DNA from: Chromera velia
Lineage: Eukaryota
Direction: 5' to 3'
Length of the DNA: 47,567 nt
Assembly: GCA_018398765.1 (NCBI GenBank)
Contig: JAHBMJ010000450.1
Span: forward strand, 1 to 47,567
Shown: positions 12,524 to 24,500 of the stretch, piece after piece
Layout: every line of letters starts with the position of its first letter
Position numbering within the stretch: position 1 is the first letter of the stretch
The notes under the pieces: model-generated
Database searches by the model: none
Seen by the model: only the letters and a program-made list of their open reading frames with translations
What the model was told of the DNA's origin: nothing
Translations under genes and position numbers: made by a program

Positions 12524-14624
12524 TCAGTGAAACCGGGTGTATCCCCCCTGTCGACTGCTGTGGAGTCCCCTATTTTCGTTCCCGTCCGCATTTCTCTGTC
12601 GTGGGGAGACAGGGCCGCCCGGGGACCCCCGGCCTCCCATGGCATACCTGGACTTCGAGGGAGCCTTCTGCTTCATCCTCTTCCGCTCCTTCAACCATGA
12701 GAGCGTCTGAATCAGTTCCGACTGGTCCCCGTGCATTGCTTCGTCTGCTCCCCTGTTCGAGAACGGGTTGTCGTCCACGGATGCCCACTTCTTGTACTGC
12801 TGGTAGACGTACTCAAGAGACTCCTTGGCCTCCAGAAGCTGCACACAATCGTGCATGGGTGTACAGAGGCAGGTGCTTTCAGACAGGCGGGAGCGGAAGA
12901 CTCAGTCCAAAGCGCGAGAGAGCAGTGGCATCGGCATCACCATGTGTGCTTGCTTTCTTGTTTGTACCACACACGTGCTTGTTTGTTCATTTGTGTGGGG
13001 CCACTTTCAACGCCTTTTTACCACCGACACATATGCCATCGTTTCCCCTGACTTTGTCCGCGTGTTGTGCGTATATCTGTGTGTTTTGTACGTGTGTGAG
13101 TCTGCGTCTGTGTGTGTCTGTGTGTTTTGCGATCCTGGCGAGCGCGAGTCGTTTAGCGAGAAACGAATACGTTTTCTTAGTGTTGTGTATATAGAATGCG
13201 TTCAAAAGGAAACGAAAATGGATCGTCAACAAGTCTGGGATCAATATAACAAGGATAAAGCAGAAGGCGGGCCCTGCACACCAAATAGGGTGAAGAGATC
13301 GGGACAGGGGTCGTTTGATGATGCAGGGTGGTTTTTGCAATGTGTCGATTCATTAACTCGATGATCTGCAGAATGACTCACGTCGTCATTCCCACAGCCC
13401 TCCGCGTAATAGTTGTGGAGGAAGGCTTTCTTCTTCATCAGCTGTTCAAACTGCATTTTCAGGACCTCGAGCGGCTGCAAACAGCACACGGTCATAGCAT
13501 CAAAAAGTGCTTCATTTTGCCAAAGGCATACACCAGATCATGCAAAGACACCATCACGCATCGTCTCAACAGCAACACACAGCACATCACGGTGTGACCG
13601 TATCAATGACATTTTGCACCAGGAAAAAATGTGGACTCACAGGCACACTCCGAAAATTCAGTAGATTGAACAACAGAAAAGGTAGTACGCATCTGAGCGG
13701 CTTCTTCATGCATGGATGCGTCTCTTTGCACCTAGTGGAGATTTCTTGCGGACCAACCTGTGTGATGGCAGTTGTGTTTGCAGCGTAGGTGAGCGATGCG
13801 TCGACCATGTATTTGTGATTTCCGCTATACCTAGGGGGAGGAGGGATGTCGCAGATCGAAGTAGTGCAGCACCCAGGGATCCAGTCAGGGAAGTGGTCGT
13901 CGAAGTAGGGATGGTGCTGGCTGCCGTAGATGATCTTGTCGATCTCAGAGGGGGAGACGGCCTTGCCACGAAAGCACATGAACAGTCCCAGATACCGAGC
14001 GGTACGCCAGTGCTTCTGCACAATGAGGAGGCATATCAAGGGCAGTCAAGAAGAGGGTGCACGGTCCATGGCCCATCCCTTACCTGTTTCTTCTCTGACT
14101 GTCAAAGAAGGAGGAAAATACGCAATAACTCTTGACGCTTGAAAGATGTGGAGTTGCCTGATCTTGCAAGCTGATTACTCATGGGTTTTCTAGAAGGATT
14201 TGTGGCCTCTTTGTCTATCTGTGGGGCGCATCGAAAAAAAATCGCGCTGTGTCTAAAATGGGAGACTACCGGCCTGCCTGAATGCAAGGCAGAGCAAGGA
14301 ATAAAAGACTGGCCGCTGACATGATCCGTCCAAAATGACGTGCTGCGCTTTCTACCTGAGAGGAGTGCAGTCTCTACGCCGTCAGGTAAAGCCATTTTCA
14401 GCTGATGAAAGGCCCGAGTTGCCACCTAGTCGAAAGAGAAATAGAACGTCCCTTTCCTTTGCACTTCCATGCGAGAAACACCAAATATCTGACCTTATTC
14501 AACCACTTTTCCGTAGGATTGCAGGTCAGCATGCAGTTCTGCTGAGTCCACGCTTCCTGCACATTCACTCATGTACGAAAACTGTGTCTGCGCTCTCCTC
14601 CAAGACACATAAGCACACATAAGC

Positions 14625-14677
<53 letters not shown>

Positions 14678-17009
14678 GAGAGAGAGGAAAATGGATGGTG
14701 GAAGGCCGGATGGAAGGGAGAAAGAGGGAGGATGTCCAAAATGCTTTATCGGTCTTTGCATTCATATTTCCTAGAGAAAATATAGGGCACACCCCCCCTC
14801 CAAGACAAATTTGAAAGGCGCTGACCTGCACAAGTGGCTGAATATCCACCTTTCCGTACTTCTGGCTGTCTGTCCTGAGGGGGGCCCCTCCGGTGACGAG
14901 GAACTTGAGGTTCTGGAAGGGGACCAGGTTGGTGTTCATCTTTCGGAAGTCTGCATCCAGAGCTCCTGGAAACCTGCAAGGAGAATTAACAAAGGGAATG
15001 TAAAAATGTCCTGACAACATGGGGAAAATACTTTTCTGTTCCTCTCCCACTGACACTTGACCCACCTTAGGTTTGCAGTGAGCCCGGACATCATCATGCC
15101 AATGACAGCGTCACAGTGGGAGTACTCAGGGATCTCAATCTTCTTCGCCTTCCTGACCATCTCTTGGAGTGCCAGGTTGTCGAACATAAAGCACTGCAGG
15201 CAATCAAGAACAACAGGGGTAGAAAAAGGACACGGTTGGCAACCTATCCGGACATCCAAAAGAAGTTGCAGATAAGACAGACAAAGGAGACAAGAGGACA
15301 AAATCAGCAATCGTTTTTTGATTCGACATCTCAGCGTGGCGTTCACGAAAACACGTCAGGTAACCGAAGACATGCATGTTGAAGGTCTTCTCGTGCCTAC
15401 CTGTTGCGCGTACTCCTGCATGAACCAGGCATTCAGGGTAGCGTTGTAGGGTTCGACGTTGAGGGAGGAAGAATTTGGGTGTGTCATGAGACTGAAGGTC
15501 TGAATGATGGGGCCCGTCAGAGTCATGTCTGTCGACTTCAGGTGTTCATCAAAAGCCTCCAGGATCAAACTCGAAAGCCCCGACCCTGCACCTCCCGCCA
15601 TCCCGTGAAGGATCTGTGTCGCCTGCCACGAATCCATTCGCTCCACCTCTCGACGTGCAAGATCGCATACGGCCTTGGCAAGCGGCGGGCCGACGGTGTG
15701 GAAGGCTTTCGCCCAGCAGTTGCCTGTGGACTTGTCGTTATGCACGACATTCATGGGAGCCAAAAGGCGGTAGATGTCTTGCTGCCTCAAGCCGTCGATG
15801 AACTTTGCGTCTGTGTCGGCGAGAATCGCCCGGGGAACGTACCTGCATAGCGCGGAAAAGGTGTGAGGAGAAGGGAAGGAACACAAAAAACGGGGAATGG
15901 CTGAGCAGAGAGGGGGGGATAGGAGAGTGAAGAGAGAAGGGGAGGGGCAGAGGCAGGGACGAAGCATGGAACCAAGAGGGCGTACGGCAGGAAGATATTA
16001 GCAGGGAGGAAGGCAACAGTGAAGCAAAAAGGGAGATGTGTTTGGTTTGGAAAACGAAATCTGCGGGAGAGAGAATGGGCACGCCGACTGACTTGCCCTC
16101 CGAAGACTCATTGAAGTACGTCTCGACACACTGGAGATACACGTTTGAAGAGTGGTGGGGCATCCCTTCCTGGTTCGGGATAAATCTGCCAATTTCAGCT
16201 TTGGCACCTGCCGCTTGTTGTTCACGATTGTACAGAATGTAATGCTCTTCCGCCACGTCCCTCCAGAACTCCATCCCAAAGTTGATTCCAGGGCGCCCCA
16301 ACTGCATGAACAAAACACAATTTAATTTAAGAAAATACGGTCAGGCATGATCTGCAAGCTCGTAGTCGCCTGTGGTCTGGTCGAAGAATCGGACGGACCT
16401 GTACGGTTAGAATTTCTCGGTTGTGGGAGGAATATGGAACCGAGTGAGTGCCAAGCACGGTCTTGTCCTTCAAATCCTCTCTTTGCGTCGGGTGAATTCT
16501 GCAGCTGTACGTGCTCTGTCCTTTATGGCTCTTGTCCCCCTCTGCTCTATCCAGGAACTTTTTGCGGGACACACGCTGTTCAGCGTCACCTGCAGCGTTC
16601 TTGACATCACCTGTCACGAGGTTTTGCTCCAAAACAACTTCTGCTGATGTGTGCCAGGTGTCGCCGCCCGTCATGGGGCTTCCATCCGGAATGGCCGGCT
16701 TGGGAGCATTCACCACTCCTGTGTTTGCCTGATCTGCCAGTATGTCGTAAGCGTCCATGTGCCGCTGGCCCCGACTCAGCAATTCTGCAACAACACACAA
16801 CGACAGTTGAGGGTTGGGGTATGCAACCGTTGTTTTCTTTGCTGACTACATATAACTAACTGCAAGCGTTCCAGATGCAGCGAAGGAAACTTACTCGAGT
16901 CGTCAATGGCAAACGCCTCTTCGCCTTGTTTGACTTCATTTCTCTTCGCATGAGCAGCTTCCACGTTCGAAAAGTGCTGGAACGCACGGTCCTCATGTGG
17001 GTCGTCCAT
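12524..17009 (-). CDS. Highly divergent beta-tubulin-like protein, ~720 aa; exons 17009-16895, 16784-16399, 16301-16093, 15842-15401, 15193-15066, 14973-14826, 14556-14494, (14098-14084), 14015-13758, 13474-13382, 12838-12524
   Basis: Tubulin motifs across frame-consistent exons: REILTVQLG, FWRDVAEEH, KYVPRAILAD, GNCWAKA, HGMAGGAGSG, VEPYNATL, FDNLAL, LRFPGALDADFRKMNTNLVPF (Lys at the alpha-E254 position, so beta-like), RYL..FRG, FPDWIP..CDIPP, NTTAI, KKAFLHNYYAEG. No stops or frameshifts. An acceptor just upstream of the ATG suggests a further 5' exon. Confidence 0.9.
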
Positions 17010-17329
17010 GGGATCTGCAACACACAAGATTTGCGTCACTTCGCAATGTAAACAAGTTCCCACAAGGCAACAGTCCGCAGACTCAATACTACTGACTGGC
17101 AATGGTTGAAAAGAAGGTCTTCTAACAATTCGGGCTTTGCGTTCTTTCCCTTTTCTCACGTTTGCTTTCGCCGAGGCTCCTTCTGTTGCTCACTGATCTT
17201 CAAGAAAATCAGAAAAGGACAGCCTGCTGCATGTGCTCGAGCCTCAAGACTCTTGCAAGGAAATTTTGGCCAGACCTCTGCGTATTCACACGTATTTGCT
17301 TAGAAAGACGGATGATCCATTTCGCAAGC

Positions 17330-18060
17330 AATGGAAGCATCGTATTGGTATTGCGGACGTCTTGATCTAGCTATGTATATATATATATATGTCAGTCAGA
17401 CTGCACCGATCATGCATGCAATGAATTGGTGGCGCATGATGCAATGCATGTACGTTTTGCGTAAAAGCGCGCGCGATTTCGTGCGCGTGTCAGATTCACG
17501 CGCGCGCGGTCCTGCGCGTGAAAAAAAAGTCAAAATTGATTAATTAATGCATGCCCGGCGCACAGACGCACCCCGACCAAACTATTTCATATATAAACTA
17601 TAAACTATGCGTCGAACACACGTATACGCGTGCTGCGCTGCCATTCATGCAACACTACAACACCTTGCAAACTCGGGCATGCAACACTGCAGCAACAGTC
17701 ACTGCAGCAACACATGCATGCACTATTTTATTTCGAGATGTATTCAGTGACTATTCAAATGTATATGAATACGTGTCAATCATGTGTTGATATACTGGCT
17801 ATCAATTCTCGATCACGTTCGATCCTTCTGCCACGGACTGAAACCCATACTTTGAATATCGATAGTAATATATATATCGAATGCTGCAGCATTCTGCAGC
17901 ACGTGAAAATCGACCCAGTTTTGAATCATAGTAAAGAACCGCAAATAGATTAGTAGACGGGCCGCTCGACCTCTGTGCCGGCCCTTCATTTCAATCTTCT
18001 TTTGCTATAGCAGCACCATTGCTGCATTCCTCCTGTAATCGCTTTGATCAGCATCGTTTG
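17330..18060. promoter_or_regulatory. Divergent intergenic region between the tubulin-like and secreted-protein genes, with TGCATGCA palindromes
   Basis: Head-to-head starts at 17009 (-) and 18065 (+). TGCATGCA at 17413 and 17715. CGCGCG-rich patch at 17467-17520. Confidence 0.5.
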
Positions 18061-18064
18061 AACC

Positions 18065-19481
18065 ATGATGCGGATCCTTGCTGTCTTTGCTGGCGTTGCC
18101 ACAGCAGCCGCTCTAAAGCATGGAAGTCAGCACCAGATTGTACCGATGGGTCTTCCTGGCGCCCCGCCGATGGGAATGGGAATGGCCCCAGGATTGGCAG
18201 GCGCACCTGCTGGGGCTCCGACAGGAGGCGTTCCAGGTGAGAAGAAAACGGAACTGGTTGGTGCGATCGCAAACCCAATTGAGATTCCGAAGAAACGGTT
18301 GGCTTGTTTTGCAGGAATGGGGCCTGGGATGAGCCCTCAGCAGCTGCAAGCGCTTACGGGCACTACAGCTGGAGATGAGGAGGCTGACAAAGCGCGCGAG
18401 GAGGCAGAGGCAAAGATTGCATCCGACGAGATCAACGAAAGGTTCGACTGGTCTTCAAAGTTGTGACTCGATCGTTTTAAAGCCCTGTTTTTGGAGCCAC
18501 TCAAGAGCGCTCTGCAGAGTGACAGAGCTCGAGGAAGCCAAGCAGCACCGCATTGCCCGCGAACAAGCTCAAAAGGACCTCATCAAGAAGCTCATCCCCG
18601 CTACAGCCAAAGATAACGCTGCCGGTGCGAAGGAGCTTGGCGAGGTAAGCCCGGGGCAACGAGATTGACTCTCTCGATTCCAAGCGGGGTGCAAAAAATC
18701 AGCTCATCCCTCATTTTTTGCAGCTGATTGATGTGATGAGCATCTTGGCCACCCTCGAGGAACGCAAGAGAACCGGGAATCAGGCGCTCAGCAACGAACT
18801 ACTGGACATCGCTTCACTCCAGAGAGAGGTACGGGACCGATGGGTGTTGTAAATCAAAAGGCAGAGAGAGCTTGCCTGGTACACTACCGCGACTTGCTTC
18901 TGCAGAATCTTGAAGAGGCCAAGCGGGAGTCCAAAGCGCTCCGTACTATGCTGGTGTCCAACCCAAGTCAGCAACTGGTTGACAAATGTGGCACGTGAAT
19001 CATTTTGTTGTCGAGGACTCGCCATAGTCTTTGCGAAATGTGACTGCAGAGTACTTTGACTTCGCCTTCAACCTTGGGAAGTCCACTTCGTCTATCAGCC
19101 CTTCCGTAGCGATGGATCCGACTGTAAGCTCATGAACACCCTCTGGAATTCTTCCCTCTGTCAATGCGCACTTTGCTATGCAAAATCCACCTCTTGTCCT
19201 TCCAGGTTCAAGACGAGCTTGAAACGCTGCGGAAAGCGCCCATCATCATCTATGCCCCCATCAGTGCGGGCGCGGCCATCTCGCCTTCTTCACTCCTGCA
19301 ACTCGACTCTGCAAAGCTGGAGCCTCTGAACGAGGCAAACACAGCGTTCATGCTCGGTAAGCAAGCCTCAACTCTCGTCACCGCGAGCCCATTCGACTTC
19401 AATCCCGATTCGAACCTGAATGCTGTCAGACACAGAGTCCCCCACTCCTCCGCCCCCTCCACAGCCCCTTCCTCCTTTTGA
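18065..19481 (+). CDS. Secreted coiled-coil protein of unknown function; 7 exons (18065-18236, 18315-18441, 18518-18644, 18724-18828, 18906-18966, 19050-19123, 19206-19481)
   Basis: Signal peptide MMRILAVFAGVATAAAL, a G/P/M-rich segment and E/K/A-rich heptads. Six short GT-AG introns keep the frame. Confidence 0.8.
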
Positions 19482-19748
19482 AGGAGCCAGTACCGCTGGT
19501 CAGTGGCGGAAATTTTGCAAAAGTCCTTTCCGTGCCGAAGAGGTTCACGATGCAAGACGCCTGTAATGTTCTCTGCATGCAGTTGATGCAGACCAAGAGG
19601 AGTCTTGAAAAGGAGTCTTTTTGGGGAGAGCTTTTTGAGTGGTTACGAATCAAAATGGAATGAACGGGACTATGATAGTCTATTAACTAAACTGTTGAAT
19701 GCATAATTCGTGACTGACTAACAATTAATTAGTTTTCAGCAATTGAAG

Positions 19749-20288
19749 ACCAGGTTTGATTCAATAGGTTGAAAGTGTGAATTTCAAATTGATTTGATTT
19801 GAGTTGAAGACCAGATTTATAACCAGAGTTGAGATTATACATTTTCAGTTACCTAGATTAGACTTCATAGGTTCCCTATCATATGCGAACGATCATCAAC
19901 AACAATTCATAATTTTTATTTATATAACAATTAACAGCCATACAGGTATGAACCCGTCGAACCGGAATAGGAAGTGGGTAGAAACCTAATTGAAATCATC
20001 CAGCTTTGTCCCCAAACCGGGCTAACCAGCTCTTAACATTATTGCTAGCATTATTGGCAATAGGAGTATATATAGGACTTGTCATAGGAGCTTCAAGCTT
20101 GAAAGTCAAACTTGAATTTGACTTATAAATTTAGTGTAGATTTGCTAGCGGTATCAGAACATGCAAGCCCCATAAGACTTGCAGTCTAAGTTCCACATAT
20201 GATTTGAGATATTTAAACGTTGAGCGGCTTAAGCTTAATCGTAAATCAAATCCTAGATCAAAATTATCATTATCAAATCAAACCTGGT
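19749..20288. mobile_element. Degenerate TIR element related to the 1681-3026 family
   Basis: ACCAGGTTTGATTCAATA pairs with TATCAAATCAAACCTGGT. Same TTTGAT subterminal motifs. No TSD found. Confidence 0.45.
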
Positions 20289-20914
20289 TATAGTAGCCTT
20301 ATGATGCTAGGCGTTCCAGACACTTACTGGCAGGCACATATCATGGCCTTACGATCGTGAAAACGACTGTCTGTTCAATACTTCACTTCAATACCAGCAT
20401 TTTTCCTATATTTTCATCAACTTTGACTACATGCGCTTGCATTGATTGTGCATGCATGCATGCATCGAATTGTAAACAGCTAATTCCGGTCACGAATCTG
20501 GTGTAACCGGTTGGGAACATATTACTTAGTAATTCCATCTTGCACGCTCGCTCTAGCTGCTCGTAGCTGCGTGCGCCACCCTGTACGCCCGGCCAAACCT
20601 TGCTATACCTTCGTCACCTTAGTACGAGCTCCAGTTAGAGTGTTAATGCTGCGTTATAGATGCCATTAGGTGTTCAGTGCACTTAGTTGATCTAAGTAAC
20701 TATATATATGATGATGACGTTCATATAATAAAAATTCTAGTAAAAATTAAAAATTTTAAGTTACTTCTCCAAGTATACTCTGGGCTAGACTCCGGGAACC
20801 ACTTACTAGTTTACTGCATAAGAGTTGTTTAACTACTAAGTTACTACTCTTACAGGTTTACTCCTTTCCCTGCCGTTTACGTGGGCTCTATGCTCTAAAC
20901 TAGGGATAATTTCT

Positions 20915-21257
20915 AGGGTAATTTTCAAAAAAAAAAAAAAGTCATTTTCACTTTTTTGTTTTTTTTTCTTTGTGATGTCAAACTAAAAAATATGTTGTTT
21001 AAGTGTTGTTGGTGTGTTGCACGAATCAACAAATGTTGTTTAAGTGTTGTTATACTATTGTTTCTTTATTATAATGATAAATGAATGTTGTTGTACTATT
21101 ATAGTAGTAGTACAACTGTTGTTTTTGTGTTGCAAGGTGTTGCATATGCTTGTCGTATCTTGATGGAGGTCATCATCGAAAAGCTAAAAAAAAAAAAAAA
21201 ATTTGCCCTACAGACCATATATTTTTCTTTTAGTTTTTTTTTTTTGAAAATTACCCT
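20915..21257. mobile_element. ~340-bp MITE (Tourist/Harbinger- or MULE-like)
   Basis: TIR AGGGTAATTTTC(A)n / (T)nGAAAATTACCCT. Internal TGTTGTTTAAGTGTTGTT direct repeats. Flanks CTA/TTA if the TIR starts at GGG. Confidence 0.75.
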
Positions 21258-21441
21258 TAGACTCTAAAAGATAAAACGGTGACAGTATCCTATGGCACCA
21301 ATATAAATCACTTATCACTTATGGTATCAAAGTGAAATGTTAAGTAGGCGTGTGTCATGCACTATGCCAGTTAGACTTTTAAATACTTTTGAACCTGTCA
21401 TACCGTCGATGATAGCGAGACATACATCGCTTCTCAGAAAG

Positions 21442-22544
21442 TCACCTTTCATATGCCATGACGTCGGACTGGTTCTCCGAAGAGTCAAGGGTCCACGCTT
21501 GATCACCCCCACCATCGGAAGCTCCCGCGGAGCCTGCCGGTAGTGGGCGGAGAACAGAGTCACTTTCCGTTTCCGCAAGAACATCGCTGCTATCTGCCCT
21601 GTCGAGATTTCTCCTACCACCTCGGGACACTGTTGGTGACCCTGCAGCTTGTGCGGCCTCTTGGACTGAGCTGTAACGGCCCCGTCGATTCGACTCTGGT
21701 TTTCCTGTTCTCTGCTGCCGGCTGATACTCATCGAAGTCATCTCGACATTGCCTCCTGACGCACCTGATGGTCTTCGCACCTGATCTGACGACTGTTCGG
21801 CCGTCGACGAAATCGGTCGAAGTCCCACCGCCCCAGGTGCATCTGGCAACAAACCTTGACCTCTCTTTCCTCTCAGTCTCTCATCCCGATCGTCTTCGGC
21901 CCCAGAAGGGTCCCTTCCTGATCTGTTTCCTGCAGAAGGGCTTCCGCGCGTTCCTGAGAGAAAGGGGGCACGGAGATCGCTCCTTGACCCTTCGTCGGCC
22001 TCATTTGCACCACGACGCTCTCGGTCATTCTGACCAGAGAACAGCGCAGAGCTTGCCGGGTTGGGATCCACAAATCTTGGGACGTGCCTCTGCTCAGTCC
22101 GGAAAGCAGTTGAAGAGTCCCCTTCCCAAGTACGCAACCAAGTCATGGTGCTTTGGAAAGCGAGTCTGCACATGGCCCATGCACGTCTGATCAATCAATC
22201 CCGCCAGATGGAGAAAGTGAAGGAAAACCAGAACAGGCACAGAACAAAGCAATGGCTGACTGCAGGTGGCAAATGTACTAAAACTATCCCAAAACAGGAT
22301 GGACCCATGCATCAATTTTACAGCAGAACAAATCGGCGCCCCCTGACCAACCTTCTCTGATAGATCGAGAGCCCCACAATTTGGAGAACCACAAAGCAAT
22401 ACAGAATCAGAAGTGTCATCAGGACGACGTCCGACGGATAGCTGCAATGAGAAGAGGGCATGCACAAAAAAGTCTCGAAAATGAATCGATGTCCAATTTT
22501 GCCGTGACACGAAGATTGCCGAACGAACGGGGGGNNNNNNNNNN

Positions 22545-22604
<60 letters not shown>

Positions 22605-23963
22605 AGCTTCCTTCTCTCTTGAGGCCGCGCAACTCACAGTCTTGCCAAGATGATCAGTAGGAGGTCCACAAGTCCTGCCGTAATGAAGATGCCGATGTTC
22701 AGTGCAGAAGACCTGCAGGGGGTTTACGGACAGGGGACTCAAGAGAAGAGAAAGGAAAAAACAAAAAAACAAGAAAAAGGCAAAGGACTACACGTCTCAT
22801 CCACAATACAGGGGAGCGTCAACAATTGCAAAAAGAACACAGAAGGCAGAGCAGAGCAGAGATCCAGATTACTGAAGATGAAAAGTCAAGCGAATAAAAA
22901 AATCACAGACTGAAGATGCCGAGCGACAAACCAAAAGCGAAGCCCTGTCAAAAAAAGCGCGAATGCATTGGGGACAGAAAGGCACGGGGATTCAAGATTT
23001 GCGTTTCTTGACGGAAGGGGAGAGCTGTAACCCACCATGGCGTACAGAGTTCCTGCCCATCATCATCGTATTCGTCCTCATCATTTGCCACCCGGCCTGC
23101 ACGATCGAGAACAAAACCAAAAGAAAAATGTGAAAACAGCGTATTGCCGTCTCTTTTTGTTCCGTCTCTCGTCTCGGCTTTCCTCGTCACGAATGTCCAG
23201 GCCATTCTATGCTTCACTAGGACTGAACGCATCCATGACCGCACTCGCATGGCCCGACCTAGTTCCCCCAGTGTGTGCAGTAGCTGCTCCTGCAAGACCT
23301 CCACAGTCTCCTCCGAGCCCTCACCGGCAGCCTCCTGCCCGACAATTCTCCCTTGCCCTGCAGGTGAGTCAACCAGAAGGGAAGATAAGGAGAAGAAAAT
23401 AGAAGCATTCTTCACCGTTCGAACAGAAGAATTTTCCCACAAGAGGTCGCTTACTCAGTGACAAGCAGACTGACTGACTGACTGACTGACCAGTTTTGCA
23501 AATCGTGCAGAGAATCGGATCGGGTCGAGACTGCCCAAGAAGTCGCGAACGGAGGGTCGTCAGCCTCAGGTTGCTTGCCCACTGTTGCCTGCATGGACCG
23601 TGCAGAAAACACAAAAAAAGAGCAAGTGAGTATCAGGAGACTGATCCACATGATTTGCGTACAAATCCAAACTGTTGCCACGTTCTTTGCTGACCAGCAT
23701 GATCGGTGCGTTACCGCATAGCACTGAGTGCAGCAATTGGCCAGTGGTTCTGTAGACCCGTCTTCCAAACAAATGAAGCACGCTGTGGACGCCCCACCTC
23801 CCGCTTCAAGGTCGCCCTCCACCTGTTGCTGCTGCTGCTGCTGCATTTCCACTCCTCTCCCGCTTCCACTTGAGCTTGAGCTGCCCGAACGCTGCGTTCG
23901 GGGAGCTCCCACATTTCTACCCGAGGCAGGAAGCATGGGAGCATTGATATCTGCCTGTGACAT
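21442..23963 (-). CDS. MARCH-like RING-CH (C4HC3) membrane protein, putative E3 ubiquitin ligase; exons 23963-23695, 23588-23491, 23357-23259, 23096-23036, 22712-22638, 22441-22352, 22186-21442
   Basis: CFICLE...NCCTQCYAVTHRSCWQQW...CTICK, then two TM helices (ALNIGIFITAGLVDLLLIILA; VVLMTLLILYCFVVLQIVGLSIY) and a long disordered tail. All splice phases fit. The start codon is the first in-frame ATG. Confidence 0.8.
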
Positions 23964-24500
23964 GTCCTGAACGGTTGAGGAGGCACAAGGTATCAGAGGG
24001 GGTGCTGACGCAGACGAATCCGCCTCGCTTGATATTGGATCCTCAGACGGCCGCCTCAGATTCGGCAAAAACTTGTGTTGAAGAAGCCCAGCGGACACGA
24101 TGCTGTAGACCGTTGTGGTGAAGACTCGATCTGCCTAGCTGGAGAAAGGTCTCTGCATGGGCAGAAGTTTGTGTGGGCTAACGGCCGGCCAGTGAGACGC
24201 CATGAATTAATCGCCTCCCCCGCGGCAGCGCACCTTCGATCCGGCGCCCCCCCGCCCCCGGCGCCCCCCCAATGTGAACAAACAGCATATTGTTGATGAC
24301 TTGTTTAGTTTTTTTTTTTTTTTTTTTTTNNNNNNNNNNNNNNNNNNNNTTTTTTTTTTTTTTTTTGCATATATGGTCTTCGACACGTTTAATGTACGTT
24401 TATGCTACTTTATGCATGCCTATCACTACCTGTCACTACTTGTCACGCCATGTGGTACCTTTAAATCTGGTCTATGCCTTTCGGTTCCGCGGCTTCTAAT

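Noticed and set aside
14356..14401. Extra tubulin exon (LKMALPDG...)
   Set aside because: 46 nt would break the frame between phase-0 neighbours, and it has no tubulin similarity.
24330..24349. N runs here and at 22535-22544
   Set aside because: Assembly gaps in homopolymer or microsatellite tracts, not biological features.
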